Shown: positions 40,499 to 54,090 of the stretch, piece by piece
Layout of the letters: each line of letters opens with the position of its first letter
Position numbering within the stretch: the first letter of the stretch is position 1
NCBI GenBank assembly: GCA_964016885.1
Contig: OZ024743.1
Span: 150,722,001-150,786,000 of the forward strand
Reading direction: 5' to 3'
Length of the DNA stretch: 64,000 bases
From: Eledone cirrhosa
Lineage: Eukaryota
The notes under the pieces: model-generated
Database searches by the model: none
Told to the model about the DNA's origin: nothing
The model's input: only the letters and a program-made list of their open reading frames with translations
Program-made: the position numbers and the translations under genes

Positions 40499-40537
<39 letters not shown>

Positions 40538-40550
40538 GCTACTACTGTTG
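40288..40550. repeat. (CTA)n/(CTG)n/(CAA)n trinucleotide microsatellite
   Basis: Directly visible. Confidence 0.95.
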
Positions 40551-40899
40551 TATTTATGGTTGCTGGCTTTAATGGACATGTTGGACAACATCAGGATACT
40601 TACTATATTGGTATATGCAACTGAGCTAGCCATTTACAACAGTAATTTCAGAAAGCTGGCCAGTTACCAAATACAAAAGCCAAATAGATTTTATATTTAC
40701 CAAGGAACAGAATACACAACTGGTCAGAAATATAGACTGGTGATTAGTTTTGCCTCAGAATATGACCTAAATAGAATCTGAGAAAGAAAAGAAACTACAA
40801 AAACTACAAAGATCTCTCTATCAAATATAAGTTCAAAGAAATACTGGGTGATATGTATGACAAGGCAGCTGAGCAGATAGATCACTGGGAAATTGTACA

Positions 40900-42100
40900 T
40901 GATGACATGTGATTCACAGACAATATTTGCAAAAAGAGCAATTTGACATAGCAGGTGAATGGTACAGTAGACAGAGCCATAAAAACCAAGAGACGGGCTT
41001 AGAAAAGATGGAAGAAAGGAAGAGAAGCAAGGAACAATTCCAGGTAGCTAAAAGAGAAATTTGATACACAGTGTACGATATATAGGAGGCACATGGCTTA
41101 GTGGTTAGAGCATTGGCCTTGCAATCAAACGGTTGTGAGTTCAATTCTCAGACCGGGTGATGTGTTGTTTCCTTGAGCAAGACACTTTATTTCACATTGC
41201 TCCAGTTTACTCAGCTGTAGAAATGAGATGATAGGGACTGGGGTCCCTATCATTCCACTGTAAAGTGGTCGTGGAGGTGCCACGGCAAAAAAGCACCCAG
41301 CACTCACTGTAAATGAGGTTGGTGTTAGGAAGGGCATCCAGCCGTAGAAATCAAGCCAGCATCAGTTCCCGTCCCACCCTTGCAAGCAGGGAAAAAAAGC
41401 AGACGTAAAATGAAATGATGATGATGAAGCTACAATTTCAAAGTTTTGCACCATGAAGATCAGAGGTGTAAGATGTTCCAGATTGTGAGGCACTGTGTTA
41501 ACAGGAATCAAAATGTTACTAGTTTAAAATGTATACAGAATGATTGTACTCGCCTTCACTGATACCAAGAAGAAAGAGGCAAGGAAATCCTACTATGAGA
41601 GATTGCTGTGAGAGGAGAAAGTGTTGAATAGAGAGGAACTGCCCTAAATAGATCTAACAGATGGATTAGCTATCAAGGTTGATAGCTATAGGATCATTAT
41701 GACCATTAATGTATAAAGGGCAAGGAAAGCAACAGGATGAACCATAGTTGATGAGATTTTGAAAATGTTTGGCACTAACCATTCACATAATCAATCAGGT
41801 AGTGCTAAGACATTTTATCCCCAATGATTGGCATAGCAACAATATCACCAACTGCTACAAGATCAAATGAGATGCTCTAGAAAAGGGCAACTAGAGAGGC
41901 TTCAAATGTATGGCCAAAATCATTAAAGTAGTAATTAGGAAAATGTTTAGGTTATGTCAGGATAAGGAACAAGCAATGTTCTCTTTTAAACAAAAGTATT
42001 TAATTAAGAGCAAGTTTTCATACCAAAAAATTGTTGTCTTGGATAACCCATTTGACAGGATACCATGCTCTATGGTTTGGTGGTCACTAAGAAAGCAGTG
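40900..42100 (+). pseudogene. Highly decayed RTE (BovB-like) LINE RT fragment, SINE-interrupted
   Basis: PNDW..NCYK..DALEKGN*RG and FDRIPCSMVWWSLRK. Confidence 0.65.
41085..41427 (+). mobile_element. tRNA-derived SINE family B, full length
   Basis: Box A tggcttagtgg, box B gagttcaattc, central ccttgagcaagacacttta, RTE-like 3' end and (TGA)n tail. Confidence 0.9.
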
Positions 42101-42922
42101 TAGATCAGCAATTGTTAATCATTTTCCATTGTGACCCAGTTTGGCAAATCTCTCTGAAATCAAATGCTGCCATCTTGAAAAAGTGAAACGTAAAGTCCTA
42201 AATATACCAAGCAATGGAGTAATCATGGCAGTAAAGTGTTTACTTGTAGGTCCACTTGATCAGAGTTGACTCAGGAATAACAATAACAACTATGAAAGTG
42301 AGTTAGAGATATAATTTACAATGGCTATGAGGTTAAGGTGATGTACAGTTTCTAATATTATCACAAGTACAAACATTATTAAAACGATTGTTCAACAAGG
42401 CAAGTAACCATGCCTGTTGTTGACTGCTTCACTGACAAACAGGTGACATTTTGAAATCCAACATTACCAACAAATGATCCAACAAAAACTTCCTATCTAT
42501 GCAACTGAGTTTACTGATATAAACCAATTAGACACAAGGGCCCAGAGAGATAGAATAATGGGAATTGATATATGTAAATAATGTAAAATTAATTATTAAA
42601 AACAAAAATCTACTAAATTATGATGTTGGGTTTATGATTTTTAGTTCCTGTCTTCTTAGATGATAAAAAATATAATAAATGCCATGTTTACATCTATATT
42701 TGCCAATTTCCTTTTTATTCCAAGTGCAATAAAAGTAGTCTGAGTTACATATAAATGCATAAATGAAATTGATCTTGTTGACACAGGTTCTATTCATTAC
42801 AGCTTTTAAGATGAATAAAATTCAAGTATTTGAAGTATTTCATCTATTGAAATAAGATCTAAATTCAAGTTCAATGCTACATGAAATATTCGTAAAAATG
42901 AAATACAAAAAGGAAATCGAAT

Positions 42923-42953
<31 letters not shown>

Positions 42954-42955
<2 letters not shown>

Positions 42956-43031
42956 AGATGTCCCCCAAAATGTATACACACTTCAACAGCATTCTAATCA
43001 AAGTATGTATACATTTTTTGGACGCATCCTG
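42954..43031. mobile_element. Tiny Tc1/mariner-type MITE
   Basis: TIR caagatgtcccccaaaatgtatacacactt / aagtatgtatacattttttggacgcatcctg with TA flanks. Confidence 0.6.
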
Positions 43032-43049
43032 TATATATACGTGTGTGTG

Positions 43050-43895
43050 TATCTTCCCTTTGGTTACCACTATGTATCTTCTACAAACAAAGTCTTCCCT
43101 TCCAGTTTGTCTGCCTGTTATCTCACTACATCTCTTGAGTACCTATGATATACACAATGTAAATCTTGGGTACACAGAGATGTAGTGGGATGATGGGTAG
43201 ACTAAGAAGAAAGGAAGACTTTGTTTGTGGAAAATGCACGGGGTTAACCGAAGGGAAGATAGCCAGTGATGTAATCCTATTCCAGTCACAGGAAGGGCCC
43301 AAATAAATGGTTGATAGCTTCTGCAATCTAAGTAACATAATTAGCAATGGAGGAGGGTGCTCTGAGAGCATAATAGCTAGAATATGGATAGGATGGAAAA
43401 AGTTCAGAAAGATACTCCCACTGTTGACTACAAAAGGTTCCTCCCTACATACAAAAGGACTGTAAGGTACCTGTTTGCAAAGTGTGATGCTGCATAATAG
43501 TGAAACATGGGCTGTGACTGCAGAGTTCATGTGTAGACTGGAGAGATGAAACAACCATGCTCTGCTGGAGGTGCAATGTAAGTGTGAAAGAGAGGCAGAG
43601 CTTGGATGAGTTAAGAGAGAAGCTAGGCTTAAGAGGAATCAAAGTTAATGTACAGGTAAGAAGACTGCATTCATTTGGATGTGTTATGTACATGGACAAT
43701 GATCATTGGGTGAAAAAGTGGAAAGAAGCCATGGTAGAGGTAGACCAAGAAAGACCTGAGCAGAAGTTGTGAGAGCTGACCTTAAATTACTGAGACTCAC
43801 AGAGAAGATGACAAAAAACACAGTGAGTGGAGAAATGCTTTGCTGAGAAGGACCCATCCAACTCATACAAGTGTAGAAAAGCAGACATAAAATGT
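43050..43895 (+). pseudogene. RTE (BovB-like) LINE 3' fragment with a short inverted homologous piece at 43050-43150
   Basis: IARIWIGWKKFRKILPLL, SETWAVT, SLDELREKLGLRGI..RRLHSFG. Confidence 0.78.
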
Positions 43896-44796
43896 ACCAG
43901 TGTGAAGTTACAACAAGCCATGGGATTTTTAGATATGTGAGGTCAATATCCAACTTTTTAAAGAAAAGATGGTATGTACATACCCATTAATTTAAAAATC
44001 CAGAGCTTCAAACATCTAACGCTTTAGCTAGGAAAATATGGAAATGAAAAAAATGAAAAAATGAAATATAATCTGTCGTGGTCCAGTCTACGATTTGCCC
44101 ACCCCTATCGATGTGAAAGAAAGGATCGTGATTCTTTGTATGATGAAAGTACTAGAAAGTTTGACAGGAAGGTAATTACTGAACTCTAGGTGAGATGGAA
44201 TTTTCAACTGTAAACACAAATACCTACTAAAAACATTTTATAATTATAACCTTAGGTTAAACGTGATTAGAACCTACCTCAATTTCTCAATTTCTGTCAC
44301 TACTATCTCTTTCAAATAGCCAGTTTTATTATGTAGACAAGTGGTGTCAAATCTACTACTTTAGCTTCACCCTTATCTGTAACTGTCATGCTGATGCTAC
44401 TAGTATTAAAGAGATTTATGACCTGTTTATTTTCTTACCATTTAGCCATAATAGCCACACCCATAACTTTTACAACCCCCTTTCTCATCCATGGATTAAC
44501 TATTTCTCAATTAATGACACATCTTATTTATGTAGCATGAAAAAAAAGCTGGGAGCCCATAGGTCAACTTATAAATCCATCAACATTCTATACTATCAAA
44601 TTCTAAAAATTATATTTATTCTCTGAAGATTTGTAGAGTTGTAGGGTATTGCGAGAGAAGGATTAGAAAAATTAATATCTCTAAACAGCCCTCATAGACC
44701 CTGATGTAACATGATAATGAAACACATGTTAGAATGTATAATTAAATAAATTTTTCCAATCAAGCCTTGTCTGTTTTTCCTAACATATTAACTTAT

Positions 44797-45134
44797 ACAT
44801 GGCTTAGTTGTTAGAGCATTGGCCTTGCAATCGAAAGGTTGTGAGTTCAATTCTCAGACCGGGTGATGTGTTGTTTCCTTGAGCAAGACACTTTATTTCA
44901 CATTGCTCCAGTTTACTCAGCTGTAGAAATGAGATGATAGGGACTGGGGTCCCTATCATTCCACTGCAAAGTGGACGTGGAGGTGCCACGGCAAAAAAGC
45001 ACCCAGCACTCACTGTAAATGAGGTTGGTGTTAGGAAGGGCATCCAGCTGTAGAAATCAAGCCAGAATCAGTTCCCGTCCCACCCTTGCAAGCAGGGAAA
45101 AGCGGACGTAAAATGATGATGATGATGATGATGA
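44797..45134 (+). mobile_element. SINE family B
   Basis: Near-identical to 41085-41427. Confidence 0.9.
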
Positions 45135-45323
45135 TACTCCATGAATTATTAGAACCTTAAAATATTGTGGATTAACACTTGGAATATTATTTCACAGGAC
45201 TCAATTATACACGTGAAGAAAACTATTCAGTAAGCTGCTTCTTCATTAACAGTTGCAAAAATGCTTCACAAGTTTGATTTTATCAACAATTAGTCAAAAC
45301 TACCTTCACTTCTTATAATAATA

Positions 45324-45375
<52 letters not shown>

Positions 45376-46202
45376 TCTGAAGTGCTGAGAATGAGGCGAC
45401 CACTAATCATGTCTGTACTTGATAGGTGGGGAGCTGTAGAGTGGGTATAGAGATATGTAAAATCCCTACCGTGGCACCACAGTCAGGATTTTACATCTCT
45501 CTCTATCTATCTATCTAGCTATATATATATACGAATTAAAAATATCATAACATATACACTATGTATGACAAATATGTTTCTCAGTGAAAAAGCTCAATAG
45601 ATATTTGTCCAAAGCATCAATAATTCAAATTAAAAAAATATATGTGTATAGTCTATGTATCATTAGAGAAACATATAGTATTCTGTACATATATATAAAA
45701 GAACATATAATATTTTGGAAACACCATATGTTTTAAGGTGGAAAAACTAAATTCCTTGCAGCGCTGTTTCATAGCACCTAGAACCAGATTGAAAATCAAT
45801 CTAAGTAATCGATTATTGATTACCAAATATTGACTTTGCTATAGCTCCAGGAAATGTGGGACTAATCGTCAGAGGGTATCGTCTCATTAAAAAATCCAGT
45901 AAAATACAAAATGCCTTTATATCTGTCATGTTCAGAGAAATAGTCAATCCAGACCACATGGGGTGGGTTTATATTTAACAGTGATGGCAAATATAAATAG
46001 GACTGGACATCACGCCTACTAGATATAGGTGTGATATACCAGTCACAACACAAGCAGCTCAACAAATTCAGAATTTGAGCAGATATACACTAATTCAAAG
46101 TATCCTTATATATACAATATGTATCATGGATGTTTCTCAGTTAAAAAGCTCAATTGATGTTTGTCCAGAGCATCAATAATTCAAATTTACAAAAATATAT
46201 GT

Positions 46203-46800
46203 ATCATCACCACCGTTTTACGTCGATGTCTCCATGCTAACATGGGTTAGACAGGTTGTCCTGTTGTGGGCAATGCCAGATTAGGTGACCGTGTCTTGCT
46301 CATACAGAACTGATTTGGGGTCGGTTTCTCTAGCTGGATGCCCTTCCTAACACCAACCTCATTTACAGTGAGTACTAGGTGCTTTTTCACCGTGGCGCCT
46401 ACACAGCCATTTTACAGTGTGAACTGGGTGCTTTTTATTATGACACCTACATGACCACTTTACAGCAGTGTGTTGGGGCATATTTTCTATATGCTTCAGC
46501 TTCAGCTTGTACCTGTAGGCACCAGAGATCTCAGACCTGTGTTATCGCCTTTGAGAGGTGCAATTGAGCAAGGTCAGTTTTTATCACCTCATTCCAGGTC
46601 TTCTTGACTTCTTAGGTCTCCCCGCTCCAAGGCTTCCATTGACTTTTAGTGCTCTGCACCTTTTTATGCAACTGTCATCCTTCATACACATCACATGTCC
46701 ATACCAATGCAATCTCCTCTCCTGCACACAACATTTGATTCTTCTTATGCTTAAGTCTCTCTCTTAATTCGTTTATGCTTTGCCGTTCATGTATATTACT
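46203..46800 (-). mobile_element. RTE LINE 3' end with SINE-B-like tail
   Basis: Minus-strand coding remnant (VQERRLHWYGHVMCM) and ggtgttaggaagggcatccagc...gacgtaaaacggtggtgatga tail. Confidence 0.65.
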
Positions 46801-47326
46801 ATTTCTATATATTCATATATTGTTAGAGAAACATATAGTATTCTAAGCATACTATCTAGCGAGGAAGACATCAAATTATCAATTCCCTGTCAAAGTTAGT
46901 ACAAAATAGTGTCACTTGATCCTTATGTTTTTTTATAAGTATATATATTAGAAAAGTCAACAAAAGAAAACAACACAGGTAAACAATACAATGCAATGGT
47001 GGCATATTATTTTAATGTTTGGTGTGGTTGGAAATAAGTTTTAATATCTCAAGCACAAGTTTTTCAGAAGGAATAACAAAGGGAGGGTGGGAGAGAGAAG
47101 ACAGAGAGGGTCATAAGAGTAGTAAACAACTAATTTAGGTATTAAATATAGGGTGTATTGATTATGATAATAATGAGTCTCATATTAATATGGGTGATGG
47201 AACAAATAGAGAACATTCAAAACTTGGAGAAAATAAACTCAGAGATTTTCCTCTCATCAGCTGTCTACTGGGTGTCATTGTAGTTTCAGCTTCTGAAGAC
47301 TGTAATCTCTCTCTCTCTCTCTCTCT

Positions 47327-47364
<38 letters not shown>

Positions 47365-47411
47365 CTCTCTCTCTCTTTTTTTCTTTCTCTCTCCTTATAT
47401 ATATATATATA

Positions 47412-47940
47412 TAGTAATAATAGTAATAATAATAAAATTGAAGACTAAAATCCAAAGAGGGCTCGATAAGGAAAATATATATCAAATATATAAGAACCGT
47501 AGAGCAAATAGTTAGAATTTTAGTCTACAACTTCTGCTTTACCATTTACGTGGTTTTGTCTTTGCGTGCTATTGTTCTCCACGCTCCACATATGACTTAT
47601 TATCTTCGTTTTTTCGTTCATTGCCAGAGAACGCCTCTATGCACCACCTAAGAGAACATTAGTCTACGACCTCTTTTATACCATAAACGTGGTTCTGTCT
47701 TTGCGCGTAATTGTTTTTCACCGCTCCTATTAATGACGTATTATTCGTTTTTTCCCGTTCTTTACCAACGAACGTTTCCACGAACCAAAGTATCGTCTTC
47801 CTGTCTTCCTCCGGTTGCAACGTTTTTTGAAATATCCAGTTCTGCGTTTACAGATTGACTTTGTTAGTTTCAGAAGATCCTGTTAAGGGTGAAAGCAGCG
47901 ATTCTTTGCTTAAACTTTAATCTGTTATTTTAATAAATAT
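47412..47940 (+). mobile_element. Family C element: inverted tail (47412-47510) + forward body ending in (TA)n
   Basis: Homology to 7431-8150. Confidence 0.78.
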
Positions 47941-48366
47941 ATATATATATATATATATATATTAGAGTATGGAGTTAACAGAACAGGGATGTGCAGATCA
48001 CATTATGGTCTGTCAGTTGTGAAGCAGATAAAAAGATATGCTCAACGACCAGTATGAATGGTACAAGATGGAGAATTATATATTAATAAAAGATCGGAGG
48101 CCATATTCAGTTTATTGAGGTTTATTTAAAACTCCATTATACATATTTCAATTATGATAGCCTGAGCTCTTCAGGCGGCAAAACCTGAAATAAACATTGA
48201 AAGTTCCTAAGAAATCTTTAAAGTTGGAAAAATCCAATAATTTCCCCAAAGATTTACTTTTCATGATTACATCCAGGTGTCCGATTCCCCACCTCTCCGG
48301 AGATTCAAGCACTCAATGAGTGGAACATCAGAGTGAAATCTTATGATATATCATGTATATAATTAA

Positions 48367-48718
48367 TAATTGTTTCTATTTTAGGCACAAGGCCAGCAAT
48401 TGCCCAGTACATTACTGGTACTTTATTTTATCGACCCCGTAAGGATGAAAGGCAAAGTTAACCTCGGCGGGATTTGAACTCAGATCATAAAGGGACGTAA
48501 CTCTATGCTTCAAAGCATGGTGTCCGACTCTCTCCCGATACTGTCCTGTATATAATTAATAATTGTTTCTACTTTAGGCACAAGGCCAGCAATTACCCAG
48601 TGCATTACTGGTACTTTATGTTATCGACCCCGTAAGGATGAAAGGCAAAGTCAACCTCGGCGGGATTTGAACTCAGATCATAAAGGGACGTAACTATGCT
48701 GGAAAGCATGGCGTCCGA
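48367..48718 (-). mobile_element. Two tandem SINE family A copies
   Basis: Matches family A; tgtatataattaataat duplicated around the first copy. Confidence 0.88.
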
Positions 48719-49139
48719 ATAATTAATAATAAGTATGGATGAGGTGTCAAATTTTCATTAAGTTTATTAAGATAGGTTGCACATTTCGCGATTGATCAGC
48801 CCATGGTTCGATAGCTATCGATTTGGGCCTAACTCTGGAATCAAAAGCTCATCAGACAGCTGTTTGCTTAATAATGGAATGTTTTGCGTACAGCATTAAA
48901 AAATATATCTGTTCTCATTCATTTGTGGTAGTCAGTTTTTCTTTGTTTTGGTTGGTTATTTTGAGAAGAAAAAAATGTGTGAAGAGGTGGGAGAGGGGAA
49001 GGGAAGATGTATATCAAGTATATATGTATATTGTGTGTATATAAATTCATATATAAAGTAAAGCATATAAAATGATAATTGCGATGATTTCACATACACA
49101 CACATATATATAATAAATATATATATAATATATATATGC

Positions 49140-49596
49140 AAAAGTTCTATTTAAATTGTTGGGATACAACAAGTAAATATTTTTATAACTGATATAAAGC
49201 ACTCAACAAGTATTTGGAGTAGATATACGATATTAACAAATGGAAACTATATTTATAAAACCATATTTATTTCATTATACATATTTCAAGGATACCAAGT
49301 TAAATTATGGTATGCCTTCATCAGACAAAATACAATATATACCAGTTTTATAAATAAACATTGACGTACCCTTTCAAAATGCGACCATTACTTTTGGAAG
49401 ACATCAGACTATCCTGATGTCTTCCAAAAGTAACGGTCGCATTTTGAAAGGGTACGTCAATGTTTATTTATAAAACTGGTATATATTGTATTTTGTCTGA
49501 TGAAGGCATACCATAATTTAACTTGGTATCCTTGAAATATGTATAATGAAATAAATATGGTTTTATAAATATAGTTTCCATTTGTTAATATCGTAT
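49140..49596. mobile_element. Palindromic pLTR-only element related to PLE family 2
   Basis: ~183-bp arms 49225-49407 and 49414-49596 around spacer actatc; left tail 49140-49224; forward relative at 54935-55165. Confidence 0.85.
49493..49547 (+). ncRNA. Hammerhead ribozyme (mirror copy 49274-49328, minus strand)
   Basis: ttgt-CTGATGAA-ggcatacca-loop-tggtatcctt-GAAA-tatg-TA-taat. Confidence 0.75.
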
Positions 49597-49932
49597 CATT
49601 TTTCATTTTTTCATTTCATTTTACGTCCACCTTTCCCTGCTTGCAAGGGTGGGACGGGAACTGATTCTGGCTTGATTTCTACAACTGGATGCCCTTCCTA
49701 ACACCAACCTCATTTACAGTGAGTGCTGGGTGCTTTTTTGCCGTGGCACCTCCACGACCACTTTGCAGTGGAATGATATGGATCCCAGTCCCTATCATCT
49801 CATTTCTACAACTGAAGCAATCTGAAATAAAGTGTCTTGCTCAAGGAAACAACACATCACCCGGTCTGAGAATTGAACTCACAACCTTTCGATTGCAAGG
49901 CCAATGCTCTAACCACTAAGCTATGTCCCTCC
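49597..49932 (-). mobile_element. SINE family B
   Basis: Matches family B sequence. Confidence 0.9.
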
Positions 49933-50239
49933 ATATATATATATTATATATATATAAAATAACAAAATAAGATGCTGAGGTTACATATATCGTTTAATCA
50001 TAATAATTATTTCCACAGTTCTCTATGCAATCGAGATGTCCTTCATGCATTTGCTGTTGATTATGAGAACGATTTCCTCAGATGAAAATCGATATATTTG
50101 ATATGTCGCTGGCAGGAAAACACACAACCTAATGCCTGTGCGCCCAGCACACATAAAATTCTCCATCGTAACTAAAAAACAACAATTGTTGAGAGCTTTC
50201 TCCTGCTTTCTCCTGTTTTTGCCAAAACAATCTTTTCTG

Positions 50240-50289
<50 letters not shown>

Positions 50290-50593
50290 TTAAAAGATAG
50301 AGCAAGAAACCAGGACTATCCGTCATCAATGATCTTCTGGCCATCATCAGTATTTCTTTGCATTAAAGACCAGATACCTCAAGCCAGCGCGAACAATAAC
50401 TAAAATAAGTTATTGGGATAAAAAGAATTGGCTGGAGAAAGAGAGACATGTAAACAAACAAAAATGGTAAGGCAACGTAAAAAGAGGAAAAGGAGAAAAC
50501 AAGTCAGTGATACATGTGAACTTAAGTTCTAGCAAATCATTGATGAGAAGACGAAGGACGCGTCCGAAACTTGCGAAATGTAATATATATATA

Positions 50594-51000
50594 TAACAAA
50601 AAAGGTGTGGTAAGATACCAGGTGGACCATAACACACCAGAGTACTTACTACTTAGGGTAGTAGAGTGGGTAATAGGAAAAGAGTCAGGACGCTGACAGC
50701 TGAGCTCTGGCCATTTTGACAGCTAGATCCAAACTAAGCCAGAAGTATTAGAATGGCAGGAATCTAGCTGAACTTATTAAGAGGTACAGTCCATATATGG
50801 GCATGCAGTCAAAACAAAAAAAAAAGCAGAAATATCAAAGCAAATAATCCTAAAAATTTGTTGTTTTTCATGTCTATCACAGGGAGTGGTCAATGATCTG
50901 GGATGTTATGTACATAGTTAAATTCCTTCATAGCAGCTGAACTGTCCTGAAGAACAAAGGGGAGGGAGTAAGACGACAATCTGACCAGCATCTAAGAATC
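50594..51000 (-). mobile_element. Diverged family A element
   Basis: gtggtaagataccaggtggaccataacacaccagagtactta..gtagagtgggtaatagg matches 2165-2235 and 56088-56155. Confidence 0.65.
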
Positions 51001-51519
51001 AAGGAAAGCAGTTAGAGAGTTTAAGTAAGTATGCCAAATCTAAGTATGCATTTAGATGTTAATACTAATTCAGTTCCTGGTAAAGAAATTTAGTTATCAA
51101 TTACTCCAATGCACAGGAAGGGCACCTCAATACACTAATTTACTAGTATTTTCTTTTATAATGATACCCCCCCAAAAAAATTAACCCTAGTGTAGTAAGG
51201 TGTCATAGCTATGTGTTTGGCCGGTTCCATGTATGTATATTTAACAAAAGTGAAGATATTCCAGGTTAACCTAAGGAAGATAAGGAACTGTTTATAATAG
51301 TGTAGATATGCAAAGATCCACCTAAGTGTAATTAGAATGTGTAACTAACGAAGAAAAAATTCTATTTCTACCTAAATATGCTTGGGGTTTTCTCTATCTT
51401 AGTTTGTAATTGGGCAGGAGATACAGCCGAGGTCTACCCACCTGGGTCATGAGGGTGTTTGAAGGTAAGATATGTCCTATATATTCTGTGTTTATGCGAG
51501 ATAACGAGTTCATCTTAAA

Positions 51520-51768
51520 CACATTTTTGAATTTGTTTTGCAAGATTTCTTATCTGAAAACGTTTATTGTGGAACAGAACAAAGGAGGGACACAAAATAA
51601 AACCGAATCACTGAGGAGGTCACAGAATGTTTGACGAAAGAGCTTTGACAATATATAAACAATCAACCGGTTATTGAACCAACCAACCAACTGGAAATTT
51701 ATAATAAATTGAAATGAAAACCAACAGGTGCATATGTTTTTATTGGCAGCATGACCCTCCCAAAGTAT

Positions 51769-51775
<7 letters not shown>
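51520..51775 (+). mobile_element. Diverged PLE family 1 pLTR (hammerhead at 51606-51650) preceded by inverted tail
   Basis: 51572-51775 matches 1850-2081; 51520-51563 matches the reverse complement of the 5291-5348 tail. Confidence 0.8.
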
Positions 51776-51811
<36 letters not shown>

Positions 51812-51860
51812 CTTAGCGGATCTTCAGCTCAGGATGGGCATGGTTATAGGATAACCATGC

Positions 51861-51910
51861 CCATCCCGAGCTGAAGATCCGCTAAGGTGAAACAATTGTT
51901 CTCGGTATGG
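51861..51910 (+). ncRNA. Hammerhead ribozyme within palindromic insertion 51808-52003
   Basis: ccat.ccgag-CTGAAGA-t-cc-gctaa-gg-t-GAAA-caattg-TT-ctcgg.atgg; 51808-51847 is an inverted copy of 51851-51890. Confidence 0.8.
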
Positions 51911-52019
51911 TGAACTAACTGTTGTGTAACCACTTCTACCTAACTCATCCCTTGGACTGAGTGCTCTACCACTACGGATATTACCTTCCAGTGTTCCACC
52001 ACTATATATATATATATAT

Positions 52020-52142
52020 CCTGATGAAGGATTAGTATCCAAAACGTTAAGACCATCTTCCGGCTATTTCAAGCATTAACGTAATATATTCCATCCATAT
52101 ACTGTACCGATTGTGTTGTTATTTCTGTTTACCTTTTACATA
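52020..52142 (+). mobile_element. 3'-terminal fragment of PLE family 3 starting at the hammerhead core
   Basis: ctgatgaaggattagtatccaaaacgttaag... matches 10135-10255 (GAAA mutated to AAAA). Confidence 0.78.
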
Positions 52143-52339
52143 CATATATATATATCATCATCATCGTTTAACGTCTATCTTCCACGCTAGCATGGGTTAG
52201 ATGGGAATTGTCCCATTTGAGGTAAGATTGGTCGGGTGACCGTGTCACACTCGTATAGGACTATCTGGCAGGTTTTCTATGGCTGGATGCTTTTCCTAAC
52301 ACCAACCACATTTACAGATGATTATATATATATGTATAA

Positions 52340-52383
<44 letters not shown>

Positions 52384-52505
52384 ACATATATAGGTAATCA
52401 TCATCATTATCATTTTATGTACTTTATTGTGGCACTAAAAAAGCCATTATGTAAGAATAATAGTCCTCGCAGCACTACATTTTATCAGTTCAAATGCTAC
52501 CACTT

Positions 52506-52547
<42 letters not shown>

Positions 52548-53774
52548 CACACATGTACATATGGATATGTATATGTGTTCACACACATATGTACATATCC
52601 ATACATACATTTATGCAAGTTTCCATTTGCACACATATTTAAACATGCATAGGCACACACACATACACAGACACACATATGCACACACTCACACACATAC
52701 ATATACACATACACACACACAGAGAATGAGTAAATTTTGTTCTACATTTAATCTAGCAATTGTGCATCTCTTGCACCTTTGGATTTCTGCTTATCAGCTG
52801 TTTCATTGGTATTTACTTTTCATAAAAATCTACCTAAAGAATCTATCATATCTTATTCTTAACCAAGAATGTTTGTCCTAAATAAATTGAATTATATTTT
52901 AGAAAACTGTGATGTTTTTGTTTAATTTTTTTGGTGTTTGCATTTTTTCTTCTTGGTTTCAGATTTGTATTCTGTTTTTGTTTTTGTTTTCTAAAATTCA
53001 CAAATCTTAGTGTACATTAGTAAGTTCAGAAATACAATAAAATCATAAAAATTCATTAAGAAAATTTAACTGATATCTAGAGACAATTTTGAATAGTTAA
53101 ACATATTTATATCAAAATGATTAAAAATGAATCCTAAGAAATGTGCATAAATCCTGATGAAAATTTCAAAAGTAAGTTAGATATTTTATTGTGGATAAGA
53201 TTAAATATTTGATATACAAAGCAGTTTCATTTAAATGTCTTCTTTCCTTTTCTATAATCATTAAGTTATATTAGAAGGTATTATAATACAGAAGAAAGAT
53301 GTACAACAAAATGGAATGTATTTGTCACTAAAATTGTTTATGTATCCGATTTTGTTTACATATTTTATTCATTTCCATTTTGTATCGTCCTTTCATTTTT
53401 AAGGATGCACATATTCTTCAAGTGAGCAATTTTCAATAGTATGAATTCAGTATTAAAATATCATTAGTAAATCACAAAATTTGTAAGCTTATTTAAATTA
53501 TTTTATTTTTATCAATTCATAATTTATAATTTAAAAAAATTACAAGATCAGATATAAACTTAAGGATAAAACATTTAACTGATCTATATTATTCGTGTTA
53601 TCTAGGACTATTATATTGGATTTACAACAGTAAATAGGATATACTTTATATCACACAAAGCTGCAATAATACAGCACATTCCCAAATGTTTGTTGTAAGA
53701 TTAATATAGTACAAATTCATTTGAACATTCATACAATACATATAAGATGATGATGATAGAAATATCTGCGTGCA

Positions 53775-53872
<98 letters not shown>

Positions 53873-53881
53873 TATATGTAA

Positions 53882-53928
<47 letters not shown>

Positions 53929-53931
53929 TAT

Positions 53932-53960
53932 ATAAATTTTGAGTATATGTTAGTTATTTT

Positions 53961-53998
<38 letters not shown>

Positions 53999-54090
53999 AT
54001 TTTGAGTATATGTTGGTTATTTTACACACACACATGTATATATATACATATATATATAAATTTTGAGTATATGTTGGTTATTTTACACAT
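53932..54090. repeat. Three ~60-bp tandem units
   Basis: ataaattttgagtatatgtt(a/g)gttattttacac x3. Confidence 0.85.

Noticed and set aside
40238-40781. Poly-Ser / poly-Leu / poly-Tyr ORFs
   Set aside because: Trinucleotide microsatellite read in several frames; no splice or domain support
41085-41160. tRNA gene-like heads (also 10290, 44797, 55440)
   Set aside because: Only Pol III boxes A/B of SINE heads; no complete cloverleaf, and the sequence continues into the SINE body
47236-47265. Minus-strand CTGATGAG-aggaaaatctct hammerhead-like start
   Set aside because: No GAAA/UH half follows
49225-49596. Palindromes as long-read fold-back assembly artefacts
   Set aside because: Arms contain mismatches and short spacers, and the same end points recur at independent loci and families. 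An artefact is unlikely but not excluded without reads.
50300-50580. Partial hammerhead-like strings (minus-strand ctgatgatggcc; gacgaaggacgcgtccgaaac)
   Set aside because: Core incomplete and stems I/III not supportable; may be decayed remnants
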